A DNA stretch of 64,000 bases from Longimicrobiales bacterium (GTDB lineage Bacteria; Gemmatimonadota; Gemmatimonadetes; Longimicrobiales; Gaopeijiaceae), in the NCBI GenBank assembly GCA_965197725.1, contig CBDANQ010000017.1, forward strand, positions 1 through 64,000, given 5' to 3'. Every line of letters starts with the position of its first letter. Positions within the stretch are counted from its first letter, which is position 1. The translations under genes and the position numbers were made by a program. Positions 60,301-64,000 of this stretch are shown here, in pieces. Under the pieces are notes generated by a model. The model did not search any database, had not been told where the DNA came from, and saw only the letters and a program-made list of their open reading frames with translations.

Positions 60301-61467
60301 ATGAGAAGCGCACCCGCCTCCCTCGTCATCGTCGTCCTGGCACTCGCGGGACCAGCGCCGGCGCTCTCCCAAAGCGAGGTCACCGTTGAGCTGGGAGCCT
60401 CGCAGGTAGGACCACCGTCAGGCGCCGACGCCGCGGCCGCGCGTTTCGCCGTCGGAGGCGTCCGGGCTTCAAGATATTCGAGCAATGGATCGGGATTGTT
60501 CACTTCGGTTCTGGTGGGCCGCTCGTTCGGCGCAACGACCGGGGCAGACTTCCTCTCCGGCACATTGGGCGGAACCCTGCGGCAGGACTGGGGCGGCGCC
60601 TGGACCGGTGGTTTCGACGTGCAAGCCCTCGGCTTCGAGGTGCGTGCGCCGTTCCCCTATCGGGCGCTCGCCGCCGAGGGAGGCCCGACGTTGCGGTACA
60701 GATCGGGGCGAGTTTCCGTGAAGGTTGACGGCCTGGTAGGTATCGGAACGTCCCGCCTTCAGCTCCGTAGGCGCTCCGATTCTCCGGTGGTGCGCACGAT
60801 CGACCATAATCTCTGGCGCGTGGGCGGGACCACCGAGCTCCTGGTCCGGTCCGGCAACACGTGGTTCGGCCTCGAGGGTGGCGTGCATCACACGAGCGGA
60901 GGTACGTACGCGACGGGCGGACTGAGGTTGATCCTGGGCGGGACGCAAGCTGCGGCGGAGCTGCGCATCGACGCGTGGGACACGCCCGGGGGCACCGAGA
61001 CGACCGGCGGCCTCGCCATCGTCATTCCGGTGACAGGCAGGTGGAGCTTGCGCGGCTTCTTTGGCAGGAGCGAGCCGGATCCGATGACGCTCGCCGAGCC
61101 AGGGAGCGGGAGCGGGGGCCTGCTGCTGGGGCGTACCGTGTACCGCGGCGGGACCACCACACGGAGAGCGTCCCTCTACCAGGTCGTCGGCAGCACCGAC
61201 ACCGGCGCTCGCGTCAGAATCAGCGTCATGGCTCCGGCGACGGCCACCCGCGTCGAAGTCATGGGCGACTTCAGCCTGTGGAACCCCGTGCCCATGTCGC
61301 GCGCGAGAGACCGATGGACCGCGGTGCTCGAGATCGGCAACGGAACCCATCACTTCGGGTTCCTGGTCGATGATGAATGGTTTGTACCGGACGATGCGAG
61401 CGATGTCGTTCCGGACGAGTGGGGCCGCCGGAGCGCGACCCTGGTAATCGAAGGAGTCGGATCATGA
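60301..61467 (+). CDS. Exported predicted beta-barrel protein with a C-terminal CBM48-like domain
   Basis: Signal peptide and Gly-rich alternating strands, then VEVMGDFSLW..PM....W......GTHHFGFLVDDEW...DEWG. Confidence 0.75.
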   Translation: MRSAPASLVIVVLALAGPAPALSQSEVTVELGASQVGPPSGADAAAARFAVGGVRASRYSSNGSGLFTSVLVGRSFGATTGADFLSGTLGGTLRQDWGGAWTGGFDVQALGFEVRAPFPYRALAAEGGPTLRYRSGRVSVKVDGLVGIGTSRLQLRRRSDSPVVRTIDHNLWRVGGTTELLVRSGNTWFGLEGGVHHTSGGTYATGGLRLILGGTQAAAELRIDAWDTPGGTETTGGLAIVIPVTGRWSLRGFFGRSEPDPMTLAEPGSGSGGLLLGRTVYRGGTTTRRASLYQVVGSTDTGARVRISVMAPATATRVEVMGDFSLWNPVPMSRARDRWTAVLEIGNGTHHFGFLVDDEWFVPDDASDVVPDEWGRRSATLVIEGVGS

Positions 61468-62138
61468 CACGCACCGCACTGACGCTGCTCACGCTTGCCG
61501 TACTCATGACGCCTGCCATGCACGCGCAGGAGTCTGCGCGGGAGAGAGCCCAGCGCACGCTCCCGGCTTCCGTCTTCGAGAACGTGTCGGCGCTGGCCGC
61601 CGACGTGAGCTCTTCGGGGATTCTCGACGAGCCGCTCTTCAACAAAGCCCTCGAGGGCGTGGCCAAGCGCGTGCCCGTGGCTCGGATCATGCCCGTGATC
61701 GAGGCGTACGCCGGGCGGCTCGGGGAGGCGCGGAACGCGTTTGGACCCACTGCGACGGTCCCGTTGCTCGTTGCCGGAGCCGACGCGCTCCAGCGGGGCG
61801 TCTCGTCCGATGCGCTCCGTTCACTCGACTCCGAGGCGGCCCGCTCGCCGATGGCGGTATTGGTACTAGCCGAACTCCATGAGACCGGCGTCCCCACGGA
61901 CCGGGCGTTGGCCGTGCTTTGTGAGGCGACCGCCCGACGGACTCGAGAGGACCGGATGCTCGACATCCCGGCCGACGTGCGGCGCCTCATCCGCCAGGGT
62001 CGCCCACCCTCGGACGCCGCCGACCAAGTGCGTCGCGGACTTCAGAGAGGGCGCGGCAACGGCGACGTCGGCCCGCCTGTGCCTCCCGGATCCGAGCCCA
62101 CGGACCGCGCCACGCGTACGCGGACGCGCGGACGGTGA
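61464..62138 (+). CDS. Exported helical hypothetical protein
   Basis: SD AAGGAG, ATGA coupling, signal peptide ..AMHA-Q, PLFNKALEGVAK and a Pro/Arg tail. Confidence 0.8.
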   Translation: MTRTALTLLTLAVLMTPAMHAQESARERAQRTLPASVFENVSALAADVSSSGILDEPLFNKALEGVAKRVPVARIMPVIEAYAGRLGEARNAFGPTATVPLLVAGADALQRGVSSDALRSLDSEAARSPMAVLVLAELHETGVPTDRALAVLCEATARRTREDRMLDIPADVRRLIRQGRPPSDAADQVRRGLQRGRGNGDVGPPVPPGSEPTDRATRTRTRGR

Positions 62139-62230
62139 GCCAGAACTTCGGGCTCCTCACGCGGTGAAGAGGAGCGTCCCCGACGCGACGGCAAGCCACC
62201 GCGTCCGTTCAAGATCGGTCACCGGGCAGA

Positions 62231-62292
62231 TCAGTCGCCTGCCTCCAGGTAGATCTCCCCGCCCCTGTCGCGGAACTCCGTAGCCATGTCAA
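62231..62292 (-). pseudogene. thiC: Probable 3' scar of phosphomethylpyrimidine synthase
   Basis: DMATEFRDRGGEIYLEAGD* resembles the ThiC C-terminal motif (xMSxxFRxxGGEIY) as I recall it. It begins right at the frdD stop. Confidence 0.55.
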
Positions 62293-62643
62293 CTAGCCAA
62301 CCCCCCAGAGCAGGTAGGCGCCGACGACCGTGCCCGCCGTCGCGATCCCGTAGGTCACCACTGCGATGAGCTGGTTGAGATGGGAGAGCTGAAGACCGTC
62401 GTAGAGCGTGTACCGGAACCGGTGCGCCCAGTGGAACCAGCACAGCGAGACAAGAACCAACAGACCCAGCCGCGTCAGCGGGTGTCTCACCAGCGCTTGA
62501 AGGTCCCCAAAAGCGGCGCCCTCCACCCACCCGAGGGGCAGGGCAATGAATAGCACTAGGATCAGCGCCGGAAGAAAGAGCGCCGAGGCCATCCCCCCAC
62601 CACCGAACAGTACCCAGATGATGGGCTCCCTGGACCGCCGCAT
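62293..62643 (-). CDS. frdD: Fumarate reductase subunit D
   Basis: RSREPIIWVLFGGGGM..AL..P and WFHWAHR. Confidence 0.9.
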   Translation of the reverse strand: MRRSREPIIWVLFGGGGMASALFLPALILVLFIALPLGWVEGAAFGDLQALVRHPLTRLGLLVLVSLCWFHWAHRFRYTLYDGLQLSHLNQLIAVVTYGIATAGTVVGAYLLWGVG

Positions 62644-63056
62644 CACGACCTCCAGATCAGTACCCAGGCCACGAAACCCGTGCACACGACCCATGCCGCG
62701 TAGTGGCCGAGGAGCACAGCCGAGGCAGGCACCATCCGACCTCCGATCTTCACGACGATCGCCATGGGGGCCAGGTTGAGCCAGGTAATCGTGTGGAAGA
62801 GCACAACGAAGAGCACGAGCACATGAGCCGCGAGCACGACCGGGCGCGAAAGCCAGTCCATGACCTCCAAATATGCGCCTTCTCCCCGATCCAACGCGAG
62901 CACGAGCACCACTAGAAGGACGGCCGAGTAGGCGACTAATACGCTGGTCAGCTCGCGGCCGATGAACGCCGCATACGATCGCTTGCGTAGCCACCAGAAG
63001 ATCGGAACCTCACTCCGGTACCACTTGGGGTGGTACGGCCGGTGCTCGGGGTTCAG
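62643..63056 (-). CDS. frdC: Fumarate reductase subunit C, probable CTG start
   Basis: [17 protein letters not shown] and [10 protein letters not shown]. Confidence 0.88.
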   Translation of the reverse strand: MNPEHRPYHPKWYRSEVPIFWWLRKRSYAAFIGRELTSVLVAYSAVLLVVLVLALDRGEGAYLEVMDWLSRPVVLAAHVLVLFVVLFHTITWLNLAPMAIVVKIGGRMVPASAVLLGHYAAWVVCTGFVAWVLIWRS

Positions 63057-63796
63057 GATGACCCCCCCGGCATGAGCAGAGATCTGAAGAAGTCCAGGGT
63101 GGCGGAAACCTTGTAGCGCTGGATGGCTTCGGCCGGGTCCACGTTCTTGGGGCAGACCTCCGAGCACTCGCCGACCAGTGTACACCCCCAGATCCCGTCG
63201 TGCTGAGAGAGCACGTCCATCCTCTCCTGAGCGCCCTCATCACGGGAGTCCAAGTTGTAGCGCTGAGCGAGCGCGATGGCTGCCGGACCGATGAAGTCGG
63301 GCTCGATGCGGTAGATGGGGCAGGCGGAATAGCACAGCATGCAATTGATGCACATCGAATACTGCTTGTACTCGGCGAGCTCCGCCGGCGTCTGTAGGTA
63401 TTCCCCCTCATCGAGAGGCTTCTCTTCGTCCCGAACGATCCAAGCCTTTACGTCTGTGAGCTTGCCCATGAAGTCCGTGATGTCTCCGACCAGATCGCGG
63501 ATCACGGGAAAGCCCGTGAGTGGCTCGATTCGGATGGGACCGGGGAGCAGGCTCTCCAGGTACGTGGCGCACGTCAGCACGGGACGCCCGTTGGCCATCA
63601 TGCCGCAGCTTCCGCACACACCCATTCGGCACGCCCATCGGTAGGACAGACTCCCGTCGAGATCGTCCTTGATGTAGTTGAGCGCGTCGAGGATCATCCA
63701 CTCCGGGTGGAACGGGACCTCGAAGCTCTCGAACGTGGGCTCCGTTTCGTCTTCGGGTCGGTAACGGAACACTTCTACAGTAACGGCTTCAGGCAT
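63053..63796 (-). CDS. frdB: Fumarate reductase iron-sulfur subunit
   Basis: [32 protein letters not shown]. Confidence 0.95.
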   Translation of the reverse strand: MPEAVTVEVFRYRPEDETEPTFESFEVPFHPEWMILDALNYIKDDLDGSLSYRWACRMGVCGSCGMMANGRPVLTCATYLESLLPGPIRIEPLTGFPVIRDLVGDITDFMGKLTDVKAWIVRDEEKPLDEGEYLQTPAELAEYKQYSMCINCMLCYSACPIYRIEPDFIGPAAIALAQRYNLDSRDEGAQERMDVLSQHDGIWGCTLVGECSEVCPKNVDPAEAIQRYKVSATLDFFRSLLMPGGSS

Positions 63797-63803
63797 CGGA
63801 CGC

Positions 63804-64000
63804 CTACCTCCCGTAGACTCTTTCGCCCGGTGGCCATTTCGTGACGGTCACCGGTTTGAACTCGACTCCTGGGCTGCCCTCCTGCGAGCGGTAGGCCAGG
63901 GAGTGAGCGAGGAACTCGTCGTCGTCGCGCTCGGGATAGTCGGTCCTTTGGTGTGCTCCTCGGGACTCCGTGCGGGCCCGAGCCGACTCCAGGACAACGC
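63804..64000 (-). CDS. frdA: Fumarate reductase flavoprotein, C-terminal part (runs off the window)
   Basis: My translation: [27 protein letters not shown]...[12 protein letters not shown]. Confidence 0.9.
   Translation of the reverse strand, partial: VVLESARARTESRGAHQRTDYPERDDDEFLAHSLAYRSQEGSPGVEFKPVTVTKWPPGERVYGR

Noticed and set aside
62157..62159. TGA as selenocysteine in the lipoprotein stub
   Set aside because: No evident SECIS, and the frame runs into a convergent gene. A nonsense mutation is simpler.

Overview
High-GC bacterial chromosomal window from a diderm organism. Gene content and order suggest Gemmatimonadota, which is inference only. Bases 1-5 kb are an insertion-sequence graveyard: a DUF2231-like remnant, an IS5/IS903-group 5' stub, a hairpin-dense 240-nt segment, an IS3 element with an IS30-family element inserted at its HSDQGTQ motif, a (GAGGAA)11 tract, an IS1182-like 3' fragment and a truncated Hsp20 that keeps a perfect sigma-54 promoter. 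Next come a peptidoglycan-sugar scavenging locus (sugar kinase, two SSS transporters, GH3 fused to a serine hydrolase, GH3, NamZ), then an MBL lipoprotein, dat, pspA with its chaperone, uvrA and tamB/tamA. A long minus-strand housekeeping run follows (lgt, tsaD, ybbR-like, tlpA, PASTA, rsmB, thiG/S/E, fmt, def, yajC, tgt, queA, ruvB/A/C, yebC). The rest holds amidases and an M20 hydrolase, an ApbE-porin-FMN-binding-cytochrome b-like operon with a Fur-like box, two broken genes, kbl-tdh, a five-gene ECF sigma locus and the end of an E. coli-type frdABCD operon followed by a thiC-like scar. The best candidates for an undescribed system are the ECF locus at 57.9-62.1 kb, where both the anti-sigma factor and a predicted outer-membrane barrel carry CBM48-like domains, and the iron-regulated flavinylation operon at 47.9-51.4 kb. 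All family calls come from motif recognition by eye and no searches were run. No rRNA, tRNA or CRISPR array was seen.
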